Shown: positions 42,101 through 52,687 of the stretch, one piece after another
Layout of the letters: the number at the start of each line of letters is the position of its first letter
Position numbering within the stretch: position 1 is the stretch's first letter
Assembly (NCBI GenBank): GCA_965203615.1
Contig: OZ241900.1
Span: forward strand, 3,879,350 to 3,943,349
Direction: 5' to 3'
DNA: 64,000 nucleotides
DNA from: Candidatus Azotimanducaceae bacterium
Lineage (GTDB): Bacteria; Pseudomonadota; Gammaproteobacteria; Pseudomonadales; Azotimanducaceae
Notes under the pieces: generated by a model
What the model saw: the letters and a program-made list of their open reading frames with translations, nothing else
The model's database searches: none
What the model was told of the DNA's origin: nothing
Program-made: the position numbers and the translations under genes

Positions 42101-45031
42101 ATGAAGACGCGACGCAAGCAGGTCAAGAGACGGGCGTGCACCACGTTCGGCCCCGCAACGTGGAACAGGAGGCCGTTGGGGGTTGCCATCTCGGCCGCAC
42201 TGGTGACCACTGTTGCAGGTGCTGCCGAAGTCGAAGCCGCCGAAGCCGCAGACCAGACGCGGGGCATTGAAGAGGTCATCGTGACGGCCACCAAGCGGGC
42301 CGAATCCATCCAGGACATCGCGGTATCCGTTTCGGCCTTGCAGGGTGAAGATCTCGACGAATTGAGAATCAACAGCTTTGACGACTACGTCAAGCACCTG
42401 CCCAATGTGGTCATGATGGGCGTCGGCCCCGGGCAGAGCGAAATTTATATCCGGGGTGCGGCCACGGAGCAGTCCAAGAACACTATCGCCAGTATCCAGG
42501 GCTCGTCGCCAGCCACCGCCCTTTACCTGGACGAGCAGCCCGTCTCCTTCGGCGGCCGCAACCTCGATGTCTACGTCACCGACATGAGTCGCATCGAGGT
42601 GCTGCCGGGTCCGCAGGGCACGCTGTTCGGCGCCAGTTCCCAGTCCGGGACCGTGCGTCTCATCACCAACAAGCCTGACACTCTGCGGTTCCAGGGTGGC
42701 GTCGGTGTCAGCGCCTCGACCACGGCGGATGGCGGTGTCAGCAACGCCCAGGAAGCGTTCTTCAACATGCCCGTTTCAGACCGTGCGGCGGTGCGGGTGG
42801 TCGGTTATCGCGACAGCCAGGCCGGCTGGATCGACAACATCCCGAACAATCCGGGGAACGGAGGGTTTTCGCCGAGCATAGACCTGCTCAACCGGAACGA
42901 CATATCGGGTGCGCCGGTGCATCCGGACAGCCCATTCGAGGCCGCGGACAACAGCCGCCTGGTCGAGGACGACTTCAACGATGCGAGCTACGCGGGTGCC
43001 CGCGTCAGCCTCTCCTACGACGTCACCGACGATTGGGGAGTACTGGTGCAGCACGTGCAGCAATCCCTGGAGACCGACGGCGTCTTCGCCTACGACCCCA
43101 ATCTCGACGGCGAGAACAGCGTCAACCGGTTTACCATGGACAGCACGGCCGACGACTTCGGGCTGACGACACTGACCGTCAGCGGTCGGGCCGGCATGCT
43201 GGATGTGATCTATGCGGCCGGCTACCTCGACCGGGAGGTGGAGGCTCTCGTCGACTATTCGGACTACACCAACGGCGGCGGGTACCAAGCCTACTACCTG
43301 TGCACCGGCACCAGGGACTGGGGGGGCAACGGATTCGAGGGGTATGGCGGAACCGTGGGATTGAGCGAGTGCTGGGACCCCGAGGCCCAGTACGAAGAGG
43401 AGACCACGAACAGTCGGACTACCCACGAGTTCCGCATTTCCACACCCCAGGAAAACCAGATCAGCGTCACTGCCGGCGTCTACCTCGACGATCAGACAAC
43501 CACTGGCGTGGCTGCCTTCGAGGATGCGGCGACACGGGATGACGGCGACGGCTCCTGGCCCGTGCTTGCCATGATTGGCGACCAGGGAGAAGGGACGAAT
43601 GCGAGTCCCACCGTGCCATTCAACGGCGCGGTCAGTTTCGTCAACGACTACACGCGCAAGATCGATCAGGTCGCGGTGTTCGGTCACGTCGATTTCGCGG
43701 TTTCGGACAGCGTCACAGCAAGCTTCGGCGCCCGCTGGTACGACCTGAACTTCGACTTCAAGGGGGCGAGCAGCTTCTCGTTCGGGTGCAAGTTCGGCAC
43801 GGACAACTGCGATTCCAGCGTTGGCCGGGGCGGTTTTGATGCCACCAGCCGGACCTCCGGGAACAACGTCACCGAACGCCTCAGGGCGCTTGGGCGGGGA
43901 ACGCTTGATGCTCTCACCACGGTGAACCTCAGCGAATGCCGTCCAGACGCGACCAGGTGTCGGGGCGGACATGTGGACATGTTCGGCGGAAGCGGCGCGG
44001 AAGCGGTGCTGGCCGACATTCAGAGCGGCGCCCTGAACGTCGAGAACCTGAACGAGGACGGTGTTCTGAACGAGTCGGACGTCATTCTCCGCGCGTCGCT
44101 CGACTGGAGGGTCAACGACAACCTGATGGTTTTTGCCACTTTCGGTCAGGGTTTCCGGCACGGGGTCACGAACCGGAACGCCGGGAAGGCCGCCAACAAT
44201 CCGCGTGGATTGCCGGTCTACGACGGCTACCGGGTGCCCGCCATCGCTCTCACCGACCACATGGACAACTTCGAACTGGGCATGAAGGGGGACTTCGCCG
44301 ACAACACCCTGCGGCTCAACGCGACGGCTTTCGCCTCGGAGATCACGGACCTGCAGGTCTCCCGGTTCGACCCGGCCAACGTGGCATTCCTGGTGTTCAT
44401 CGAGAACGTTGGAGACGCGGAAGTCCGTGGCGTCGATGCCGACTTCACTTGGCTTGCGATGCCCAATCTCCTGATATCGGGCGCGGTCAGTCTCGTTAGC
44501 AGCGAGATCACCCGCATCAACCCGCAGTTGCGAGAGATAGCCGTGCCGGAGGGCAGCGAACTGCCATTCTCCCCGGGATTCTCCGGTAGCCTGCAGGCGC
44601 GATACGACTTCCATGGAGCGTTCGACGGACAGACCAACGTCTATCTAACCGGCAGCATCAGCTATTCGGGTGAGAGCAAGTCGGGCATTGCTGGCAGCGC
44701 CTACTTTGTTGAGGACACGCTCAAGCGCAGCCATGGCGGACGAGGCTCCGGCCTCAAGATCGCCAATGAAGGCGGCATCTTCGCCGGTGGTAACTGCGGC
44801 ACTTACGACGCGGAGAGCTTCTGCGCGAACGGCCGTTACGTCCAGGGCGCCTATACGCTGCTGGATGTGGCCGTCGGCGTCACGAGGGACAGTTGGAGTG
44901 CGGAACTGTTCGTGGACAACCTCACGGACACGCGTGCGCAACTGCATGTTGATACATTGCAGTACGTGCCGAAGGTCGTGACCAATCGGCCGCGTACCAT
45001 AGGCTTGCGCGTCTCGTACGATTTCGACTGA
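42101..45031 (+). CDS. TonB-dependent receptor (large, ~975 aa)
   Basis: Signal peptide 'GVAISAALVTTVAGAAEVEA', plug 'IEEVIVTATKRAESIQD', and a C-terminal '...RTIGLRVSYDF' barrel terminus. Start is 42101, or alternatively 42083. Confidence 0.85.
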   Translation: MKTRRKQVKRRACTTFGPATWNRRPLGVAISAALVTTVAGAAEVEAAEAADQTRGIEEVIVTATKRAESIQDIAVSVSALQGEDLDELRINSFDDYVKHLPNVVMMGVGPGQSEIYIRGAATEQSKNTIASIQGSSPATALYLDEQPVSFGGRNLDVYVTDMSRIEVLPGPQGTLFGASSQSGTVRLITNKPDTLRFQGGVGVSASTTADGGVSNAQEAFFNMPVSDRAAVRVVGYRDSQAGWIDNIPNNPGNGGFSPSIDLLNRNDISGAPVHPDSPFEAADNSRLVEDDFNDASYAGARVSLSYDVTDDWGVLVQHVQQSLETDGVFAYDPNLDGENSVNRFTMDSTADDFGLTTLTVSGRAGMLDVIYAAGYLDREVEALVDYSDYTNGGGYQAYYLCTGTRDWGGNGFEGYGGTVGLSECWDPEAQYEEETTNSRTTHEFRISTPQENQISVTAGVYLDDQTTTGVAAFEDAATRDDGDGSWPVLAMIGDQGEGTNASPTVPFNGAVSFVNDYTRKIDQVAVFGHVDFAVSDSVTASFGARWYDLNFDFKGASSFSFGCKFGTDNCDSSVGRGGFDATSRTSGNNVTERLRALGRGTLDALTTVNLSECRPDATRCRGGHVDMFGGSGAEAVLADIQSGALNVENLNEDGVLNESDVILRASLDWRVNDNLMVFATFGQGFRHGVTNRNAGKAANNPRGLPVYDGYRVPAIALTDHMDNFELGMKGDFADNTLRLNATAFASEITDLQVSRFDPANVAFLVFIENVGDAEVRGVDADFTWLAMPNLLISGAVSLVSSEITRINPQLREIAVPEGSELPFSPGFSGSLQARYDFHGAFDGQTNVYLTGSISYSGESKSGIAGSAYFVEDTLKRSHGGRGSGLKIANEGGIFAGGNCGTYDAESFCANGRYVQGAYTLLDVAVGVTRDSWSAELFVDNLTDTRAQLHVDTLQYVPKVVTNRPRTIGLRVSYDFD

Positions 45032-45046
45032 TGGGCTGAGGCCCAT

Positions 45047-45078
45047 GCAAGGGGCAGTCGGTGTAGCCTGCCCCTTGC
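45047..45078 (+). terminator. Stem-loop, candidate intrinsic terminator after the receptor gene
   Basis: GCAAGGGGCAG (45047-57), a 10-nt loop, then CTGCCCCTTGC (45068-78). This is a perfect 11-bp stem followed by a weak T-containing tail (GCAATCGATTTG). Confidence 0.45.
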
Positions 45079-45189
45079 GCAATCGATTTGTCGTTGGACC
45101 GAAGAACGGCAGCGTCGATCCGGTGGGGACCGATGCGGTTCCAGCACCGGTGGTATCATCCGGACCGGCTCCGCACCTGACGCCGGCCG

Positions 45190-47229
45190 ATGCAATCAGA
45201 CCCTGCCAGCACCGCAGCCCCGACGTCGCGCCCCGATAGCGTCGTCGCGCAGCTTGACCAGGCCAGGGAACTGATCCGGTCCGCGAGGCTGGGCGAGGCG
45301 ATGTCGCTCGGAAGGGATCTCCTCGCTTCCGGTCTTGAAGACGAGGAGCGCGCCGAGGCGCTGTACCTGCTCGCGGTAGCGCAACGATTTGCCGACCAGC
45401 CGCGGGAAGCCCTCGCGACATTGCAACGCCTGCATGACGAGAACCACGGCCACGCGCGTGCCTGGCAGGAGCGGGGCCACATCTGCCTGGCGCAGGGTTG
45501 GCATGACGAGGCCATCGCCGCATATGCCCGCGCCGTGGAAAGGAATCCGGCACTCGTCGCCAGTTGGCGGGCTCTCGCGCAACTCCATGAACACAAGGGC
45601 GACCGCGAAGGCGCGTGGCGCGCGCGCCGGCGATTGGAGTTCCTTCGGCGGCTGCCGCCGGAACTCGTGCACGTCACCGACCTGATTCACGAAGGAAAGC
45701 TCTACAAGGCCGAGCAGCTTTGCCGGAACTTCCTGCAGGCGAACCGGCACCATGTCGAGGGTATGCGGCTGCTGGCCGAGATCGGAACGAAACTCAAGAT
45801 CTACGACGATGCGGAGTTCCTGCTCGAAAGCTGTGTCGAGTTCGCGCCCGACCATGTGCAGGCGCGCATCGACTACACCAACGTGTTGATCAGAAAGACA
45901 AGGTTCGAGAAGGCCCACGAGCAAGCGAGGCACCTCCTGAAGCTGCAACCGGAGAACCGCGGCTTCAAGACGACGCTCGCCACGACGCTGGTCGGGCTTG
46001 GCCGATTCGACGAAGGGATCGCGCTCTACCGGGAGATTCTGGATTCAGACCCGGCGCGCAGCGACTTGCACCTGCTGACCGGCCACGCCCAGAAAACCGT
46101 GGGCGCGCTCGACGATGCCATCGAGTCATACCGGCTGGCCTATCGGTTCCGTCCCGATTTCGGCGATGCATTCTGGAGCCTGGCCAATACCAAGACCTAC
46201 CGCTTTAGCGATGCGGAGATTCGCCACATCCGGCGTTACGAACAGACCTCCGGCATTGCCGCCGAGGACCGCATTCACCTGTGTTTCGCGGCTGGCAAGG
46301 CACTGGAAGACCGGGCCGAGTATGACCCTTCCTTCGAGTACTACGAACGGGGCAACGCCCTCAAGAGGATCGAGAACCGCTACAGGGCCGAGGTCAACGA
46401 AGACCGTGCGCAGTCGCAGGTGGAGACCTGCACCAGGGAACTGTTCGAGAACAGGCCCGCGGTGGGTTTCGATGGCCGGGACCCGATCTTCATCGTTGGG
46501 CTGCCCCGGGCGGGATCGACCCTGCTCGAACAGATCCTCGCCTCCCACAGCCTCGTGGACGGCACCATGGAACTGCATAACATACTGGCGCTCGCCCAGC
46601 GGCTCAGGGGGCGGCAGGCGGAGAGCAGCTCGCGCTACCCGCGGGTACTGCACGAACTCGACGACGACTACTTCCGGCGTTTCGGCGAGCAGTACATCGA
46701 GCAGACCCGGGTCTACCGGGGCGCGGCGCCGTTGTTCATCGACAAGATGCCAAACAATTTCGTGCACATCGGACTCATCCGGCTCATCCTGCCCAACGCG
46801 AAGGTGATCGATGCGCGGCGCAGTCCCATGGCCTGCTGCTTCAGTTGCTTCAAGCAACTGTTCGGAGAAGGCCAGGAGTTCACCTACGGACTTCCCGACG
46901 TCGGGCGCTACTACCGCAGCTATGTGCGTCTGATGGACCACTGGGACGAGGTGCTGCCCGGGTTCGTGCTGCGGGTCATGCACGAAGATGTCGTGGACGA
47001 CCTGGAAACGCAGGTCCGGCGCATTCTTGACTTCTGCGGGTTGCCGTTCGAGGAAAACTGCGTTCACTTTCACCGGACGGAGCGCAACATCCGCACGCCG
47101 AGTTCAGAACAGGTGCGGCAACCGATCTTCCGCGAGGGGCTCGAACAGTGGCGCCGATACGAGGCGCACCTCGGGCCACTGGAGGAAGCCCTGGGGGCCG
47201 AGATACTTGACCGCTATCCCGCGGCATAG
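45190..47229 (+). CDS. TPR-repeat + sulfotransferase-domain protein 1
   Basis: N-terminal TPR-like repeats and a C-terminal sulfotransferase domain with PAPS-loop 'GLPRAGSTLLEQIL' and 'IDARRSPMACCFS'. Confidence 0.8.
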   Translation: MQSDPASTAAPTSRPDSVVAQLDQARELIRSARLGEAMSLGRDLLASGLEDEERAEALYLLAVAQRFADQPREALATLQRLHDENHGHARAWQERGHICLAQGWHDEAIAAYARAVERNPALVASWRALAQLHEHKGDREGAWRARRRLEFLRRLPPELVHVTDLIHEGKLYKAEQLCRNFLQANRHHVEGMRLLAEIGTKLKIYDDAEFLLESCVEFAPDHVQARIDYTNVLIRKTRFEKAHEQARHLLKLQPENRGFKTTLATTLVGLGRFDEGIALYREILDSDPARSDLHLLTGHAQKTVGALDDAIESYRLAYRFRPDFGDAFWSLANTKTYRFSDAEIRHIRRYEQTSGIAAEDRIHLCFAAGKALEDRAEYDPSFEYYERGNALKRIENRYRAEVNEDRAQSQVETCTRELFENRPAVGFDGRDPIFIVGLPRAGSTLLEQILASHSLVDGTMELHNILALAQRLRGRQAESSSRYPRVLHELDDDYFRRFGEQYIEQTRVYRGAAPLFIDKMPNNFVHIGLIRLILPNAKVIDARRSPMACCFSCFKQLFGEGQEFTYGLPDVGRYYRSYVRLMDHWDEVLPGFVLRVMHEDVVDDLETQVRRILDFCGLPFEENCVHFHRTERNIRTPSSEQVRQPIFREGLEQWRRYEAHLGPLEEALGAEILDRYPAA

Positions 47230-47256
47230 ACAGCGCATCGAGCGCGCATCGGACCA

Positions 47257-49041
47257 GTGAGCACGATCGACGCATCAACCACGCAATCGCTGTTCGAACT
47301 GTACCGCGCGGGAGAGTTTGAAGCGCTGGCCGAGAAGGTGCGCGGGTTGCTCGCCTCGCATCCGGATCAGCCGGTTCTGCACAGCCTGCAGGGTGCTGCC
47401 TGCCTGGAACTCGGTGAGTACGGCGCTGCCGTCGACAGCTTCCGCTCGGTGCTGGCGATTCGGCCGGACTTCGCGAAAGCGCACAACAGCCTGGGGATAG
47501 CCTACCTTCGCTCCGGTCGCCCGGGGGACGCGGCGGGCAGCTTCGCCCGCGCCATCGACTGCGATTCCCGCTTTGCGGAGCCTCGCTTCAACCTGGGTCT
47601 GGTCTACGAGAACCAGCGGCGTTTGAGCGAGGCGGCGGAGCAGTACGAACAGGCAGTCGGACTGGAGCCGGGATACGGCAAGGCCTGGTGCGCATTGGCC
47701 AAGGTTTCCTGGGAGCTGGGGAACTACGCGCGGGTTGTCGAATACTACGAGCGGGCATTGGCGATCGACCCGGGTTATCCGCCGGCACATCGAGGCCTGA
47801 TGCAATTCCTTGAACAGGCGAACAGGCACGAGGATCTGCGCGCGGCACTCGCGCGTGCGAGGAACTCGCTGGGTGCCGGACATCCGCTGGTCCGGTTCTG
47901 GAAGGGCGTGATCGCGGACATTGACGGGGACAGCCAAGGGGCGAGGGCGCTGCTCGAGAGTTGTCCCATCGAACCTGTAGATGCGTTGACGTTGCACGAC
48001 GAGAGATTGCGGCTGGCCCGACTGACGGCCATCTGCGACAGGCTCGACGATGTCGGCGCGACCCTGCGATATGCCCAGGGCGCGAATCGCCTGTCAAGGC
48101 AGTCGAGTGCCGCCAAGGGCATCGACAAGACGAGGTTTCTCGATTTCATCGAGAATCGAAAGAAGTACTTCACTGAGCCGAACATCGGACAATTGCGCCG
48201 CCGCGTGAGTGAATCGAAGATCGAAGGCCAGCGCCCGGGTGCATCTTCAGCCGACCTGAACGGACCCCGACAACCCGTTTTCATTGTGGGTTTCCCCAGG
48301 TCGGGCACGACCCTCATGGATACCGTTCTCCGTGGCCACCCCGGTATCGAGGTCGCCGAGGAAAGCGATGCGGTGCCGACCATGGTCAACCTGGTTTCCG
48401 GCTCGTCGGACGAACGCCTGGCGGCTCTGGGCGACCTCTCCCCGGTGGCGGTCGGGCGCGCGAGGTCGACCTACTTCGAAGCCCTCGAGCGGCACGTCGA
48501 GGTATCGCGTGCCACGCTGAGCGTGGTCGACCGCTTTGCCCTGAACACGGTCTATGCCGGCGAGATATACAGGGTCTTTCCGAACGCCAGGTTCATCGCG
48601 ATGCTGCGACATCCGGCGGACTGCGTCCTGAGCTGCTATCTGCGGACCTTTGTCGAGTCTTCGGCGAACGACAGCTTTCACACCGTGGAAGAGGCCGCCT
48701 TTCTCTACGACGGCGTCATGAGCCTCTGGAAACAGTACACGGACCTCCTTGAACTGGACGTGATCGAGGTGAAATACGAAAGCCTGGTTTCGGACATCGA
48801 GCTTACCTGCCGCCAGGTTCTGGAGTTCATCGGAGTGCCGTGGGATGCCGGCATTCTGGACCATGAACGAACCGCGCGCAGCCGATCCTTCATTCGGACC
48901 GCGAGTTACAACCAGGTCACCCAGCCGGTCTACATGCGCGCGACCGGACGCTGGCTGCGGTACCGGCAGCACCTGGAATCGGTCCGTCCCATACTTGAGC
49001 CGTGGATCAGAAGGTTCGGGTACAGTTCTGATTTCGCTTAG
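47257..49041 (+). CDS. TPR-repeat + sulfotransferase-domain protein 2
   Basis: TPR repeats ('AHNSLGIAYLRSGR', 'FNLGLVYENQRR') and PAPS-loop 'GFPRSGTTLMDTVL'. GTG start at 47257 is uncertain. Confidence 0.8.
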   Translation: MSTIDASTTQSLFELYRAGEFEALAEKVRGLLASHPDQPVLHSLQGAACLELGEYGAAVDSFRSVLAIRPDFAKAHNSLGIAYLRSGRPGDAAGSFARAIDCDSRFAEPRFNLGLVYENQRRLSEAAEQYEQAVGLEPGYGKAWCALAKVSWELGNYARVVEYYERALAIDPGYPPAHRGLMQFLEQANRHEDLRAALARARNSLGAGHPLVRFWKGVIADIDGDSQGARALLESCPIEPVDALTLHDERLRLARLTAICDRLDDVGATLRYAQGANRLSRQSSAAKGIDKTRFLDFIENRKKYFTEPNIGQLRRRVSESKIEGQRPGASSADLNGPRQPVFIVGFPRSGTTLMDTVLRGHPGIEVAEESDAVPTMVNLVSGSSDERLAALGDLSPVAVGRARSTYFEALERHVEVSRATLSVVDRFALNTVYAGEIYRVFPNARFIAMLRHPADCVLSCYLRTFVESSANDSFHTVEEAAFLYDGVMSLWKQYTDLLELDVIEVKYESLVSDIELTCRQVLEFIGVPWDAGILDHERTARSRSFIRTASYNQVTQPVYMRATGRWLRYRQHLESVRPILEPWIRRFGYSSDFA

Positions 49042-49059
49042 GTTTTTCCGGGGCGACGA

Positions 49060-50022
49060 TCATTCCATGCGCGCATCCGGCACCAGGGCGGCATTCAACA
49101 CCCGTTGCGCGAAGATCGCGTTGACGCCGATACGGTTGCTCTGGACGGTCAGCGCGCGCATGTTCGGATGCAACTGGCGGCGCGTGTTCCGGATCAGCGC
49201 GCGATAGTGCGCAAGACCCTCCTGGCGGTGCCCGTAGAGGAGCCAGAGTTCGCGCCAATCGCTGGCGAAGCCGCGCATCAGGGCGGCATAGGTGGAGACG
49301 AGCCGCGGCTCGTTCTCCGGGTTCGCGGAGAAGTCCGCGATGAGATCCTCTATCAGGGCGGAGCACTCGCCGGGCGCCATGACCGGCAGGCTGGCAAAGC
49401 TCTCCGCCCGCAGCGCGACGGGCTTGCCGGGTCTGAATGGCAGGAACTCGGCGCTCGCCGCCGTGTTCGAAGGGTCGCTGTGTTCCACTGATCGCACCAG
49501 GTCCCAGAACCGCGAGGAGCCCGAGGTGTCGATGACGAGGTGTATGCGGTCCCGGGCGCTCGGGTTGACGACGCGGTGGCGCCGCCAGGAATCGAATATC
49601 CAGCATTCGCCCGGGCGCATGTGCAGGCTCGACTGGCCGCAATGGAAGATCACCGACGGGTCCGTGATGATCGGGATGTGTATGCGCACCCGGCTGAACC
49701 AGTGGTAGTTGAAGTCGACGTGCAGGTTGAGTTGGCACCGCGCATCGATCTTCATCAGTCGCGACCGTGACAGGACCTGTCCAAAACTCGCCATCACCTG
49801 GCGGATGTACTCGCATTCCTCGAGATGCGGTGTCGGCTTCTTCTCGCCTTCGAACGAGTCGTTGTCGCCACCGTTGCTGGAAATGAGCGCGATGGCGGAG
49901 TTGCCGGGCAAGCCGCTCGGATGCGCCATCCATCGATCCGGCGGGAACCGGCGAATCTCTTCGGCCATTCTCTCGGCGTCGAAGCGATACGGCAACCGGA
50001 TGAAGGGTTTGCTCAAGCGCAT
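49060..50022 (-). CDS. Aspartyl/asparaginyl beta-hydroxylase-domain (cupin, Fe/2OG) protein with C-terminal extension
   Basis: 'LNLHVDFNYHW...RIHIPIITDP...MRPGECWIFDSWRRHRVVNPS...RIHLVID' matches the AspH/LpxO-type domain pattern. I chose the ATG at 50022. Confidence 0.7.
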   Translation of the reverse strand: MRLSKPFIRLPYRFDAERMAEEIRRFPPDRWMAHPSGLPGNSAIALISSNGGDNDSFEGEKKPTPHLEECEYIRQVMASFGQVLSRSRLMKIDARCQLNLHVDFNYHWFSRVRIHIPIITDPSVIFHCGQSSLHMRPGECWIFDSWRRHRVVNPSARDRIHLVIDTSGSSRFWDLVRSVEHSDPSNTAASAEFLPFRPGKPVALRAESFASLPVMAPGECSALIEDLIADFSANPENEPRLVSTYAALMRGFASDWRELWLLYGHRQEGLAHYRALIRNTRRQLHPNMRALTVQSNRIGVNAIFAQRVLNAALVPDARME

Positions 50023-50666
50023 GGCATCGCGTCCGCTGAGCGCTCGATTTCGTAGCCCAGGCAGTCGAAGTCTCGCCGGTAGAAATCGTTCACGAGGCCG
50101 AGCAACTCGTCGTCGTAGTAGTGCGTGTAGTCGAGGTGCTCGGTGGCGTTGCTGCGCGCCAGGTCGCATTCGGGGATACCAACCCGCCGGCACACTTCGC
50201 CGAACGACTCCTGCAGGTCTTCGAACCGCCCTACGAAGTCCATGCCGAGCCGGCCGCGCCCATCCGCCAGCATGTCCCACTGTGGCCGGACCAGGGCTCG
50301 CTGCTGAAACCGTCTGACCTTGATTGCCCGTTTCATGAATAGCGTCTCCCTGCCATGGTAGTCGGGGTTGCGCCTGTTCAGCATCGCGCATACGGATACG
50401 AAACGGTCATAGGGGTTTCGCACGAAGGCGAACCTGAAGTAATCGCGCCAGAGGGATTCCGGCAAGTGTGTCTGCACCTGGCGCAATGTGAGGTGCCCGT
50501 GGCCGGCGCGCGCGAGGGCGGGTACGGGTATCCGCACCTGCTCGGTGAGCGACTGCTGCTGCCAGTCCTTGTCGCCAAGACAGGGTGCCAAGGCTGCCCG
50601 CACCGCATGGGTGCCGGTCCTCGGCACGGCGAAGAATATGAACCGGTGACGGTGGGAAACGATCAC
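50013..50666 (-). CDS. Small sulfotransferase-family protein
   Basis: 'FIFFAVPRTGTHAV' PAPS-loop-like motif, 'FAFVRNPYDRFVS', 'GRFEDL'. GTG start overlaps the PhyH stop (GTGA). Its 3' end overlaps the next gene by 10 nt. Confidence 0.7.
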   Translation of the reverse strand: MIVSHRHRFIFFAVPRTGTHAVRAALAPCLGDKDWQQQSLTEQVRIPVPALARAGHGHLTLRQVQTHLPESLWRDYFRFAFVRNPYDRFVSVCAMLNRRNPDYHGRETLFMKRAIKVRRFQQRALVRPQWDMLADGRGRLGMDFVGRFEDLQESFGEVCRRVGIPECDLARSNATEHLDYTHYYDDELLGLVNDFYRRDFDCLGYEIERSADAMPCA

Positions 50667-51499
50667 GAGTGACCCGAAGGAGCGCGAGGGGATTCCTCTC
50701 CCATTGTCGCGCGGACCTGCCGATCGAGTTCGCGCTGTCGGTGAAGCGCATGGGGTTCAAGGTCTACGGATGCCGGGATGTCTTCACCGAAGTGTCGGAA
50801 AGTGTCGACGCCGCACACCAGCATCGCGGTGTCATGGGCGTGTTGTGTCTGACGCATGTTCGTCGCGATGTACTGCGCGTTGAAGCCGATGCGGCGATCC
50901 TCGCCAAGATTGGGAGTCGAAGCGTGCAGCGTCCAGCCGTGGTGGAACGAGGCCTCTCCCGGATGCAGTGTGCAGGCGACCGCCAGTGACTCGTCCACGT
51001 CTTCAACGGTCTGCCCCTGGTACAGCACGTTTGAACTGTCGTCGGTGGTCCGGTGGCCGCGTCGCCCTGGCAGATGGCTGCCTGGCACCATCCGCATGCA
51101 GCCGCTGGTTTCGTTCGCCGGCGATAGCGCCAGCCACATCGATACCTGGCCGTCGCCTTCGAGACCCCAGTAGGCGAGGTCCTGGTGCCAGCTCACGTGG
51201 GCGGCGGAACCGGGCTCCTTGACGATGTAGGTGGCGTTCCAGAGCAGGACGTTGGGGCCAATCAGTGCCATTACCGTCTCAAGCACCCTGGGATGGGTGG
51301 CGAGTTCCAGCGGTGATCGAAGGATCGTGTACACCTTCGCCCGGTAGTGCAGGTCACCGATGGCGGCCTCGGCCCGTTCCATCCTCTCACGGTGGGTTGC
51401 GGCTTCGGCCGGGTCCATGATGTGCACAGGCGCAAGATAGCCGTCGCGCTGGAAGCGCGCCCGCCGCGGGTCCGAATCGTCACGAACCGTCTGTTCCAT
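50663..51499 (-). CDS. Phytanoyl-CoA dioxygenase (PhyH)-family Fe(II)/2OG oxygenase
   Basis: 'FQRDGYL', 'VSWHQDLAYW', 'SMWLALSPA', 'GCMRMVPGSH', 'GEASFHHGWTLHAS'. Confidence 0.8.
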   Translation of the reverse strand: MEQTVRDDSDPRRARFQRDGYLAPVHIMDPAEAATHRERMERAEAAIGDLHYRAKVYTILRSPLELATHPRVLETVMALIGPNVLLWNATYIVKEPGSAAHVSWHQDLAYWGLEGDGQVSMWLALSPANETSGCMRMVPGSHLPGRRGHRTTDDSSNVLYQGQTVEDVDESLAVACTLHPGEASFHHGWTLHASTPNLGEDRRIGFNAQYIATNMRQTQHAHDTAMLVCGVDTFRHFGEDIPASVDLEPHALHRQRELDRQVRATMGEESPRAPSGHS

Positions 51500-51572
51500 G
51501 GCGTGCCACTCCTGCCGCCTCCGAAAGGTGATGATGGCGGCGGCGGACAGGGTGTCAAGCGATAACGCGATG

Positions 51573-52568
<996 letters not shown>

Positions 52569-52656
52569 CCAGGCCGCTCCTGCGTCTGGGCTCGCGCGGG
52601 AGGTTATCAGGTTCCCTGCCGGATATGGTCAACGGGATCGAGACCGACACTTGAAC

Positions 52657-52672
52657 CTGTATGCGCATACAT
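52657..52672. promoter_or_regulatory. LexA (SOS) box-like site within a candidate promoter
   Basis: CTGTATGCGCATACAT compares with the gammaproteobacterial consensus CTGT-N8-ACAG (the last base differs). It contains the perfect palindrome GTATGCGCATAC and is flanked by TTGAAC (52651-56) and TATAAT (52672-77). Confidence 0.45.
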
Positions 52673-52687
52673 ATAATGTTGCTGGCA

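Noticed and set aside
42776-44614. 612-aa minus-strand ORF inside the large TonB-dependent receptor gene
   Set aside because: It is antisense to a receptor with signal peptide, plug and C-terminal barrel motifs, and it has no motif of its own. The same reasoning applies to 4974-6317(-), 7904-9493(+), 15585-16799(+), 16373-17659(+), 28948-29934(-), 36864-38633(+), 61008-62369(+) and similar long shadow ORFs.
45045-45239. 64-aa ORF between the receptor and the first TPR-sulfotransferase as a possible precursor peptide for the sulfotransferase/hydroxylase cluster
   Set aside because: It spans the terminator-like stem-loop and overlaps the start of the sulfotransferase gene in another frame. It has no leader/core-like features or Shine-Dalgarno sequence. 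The composition looks like noise.
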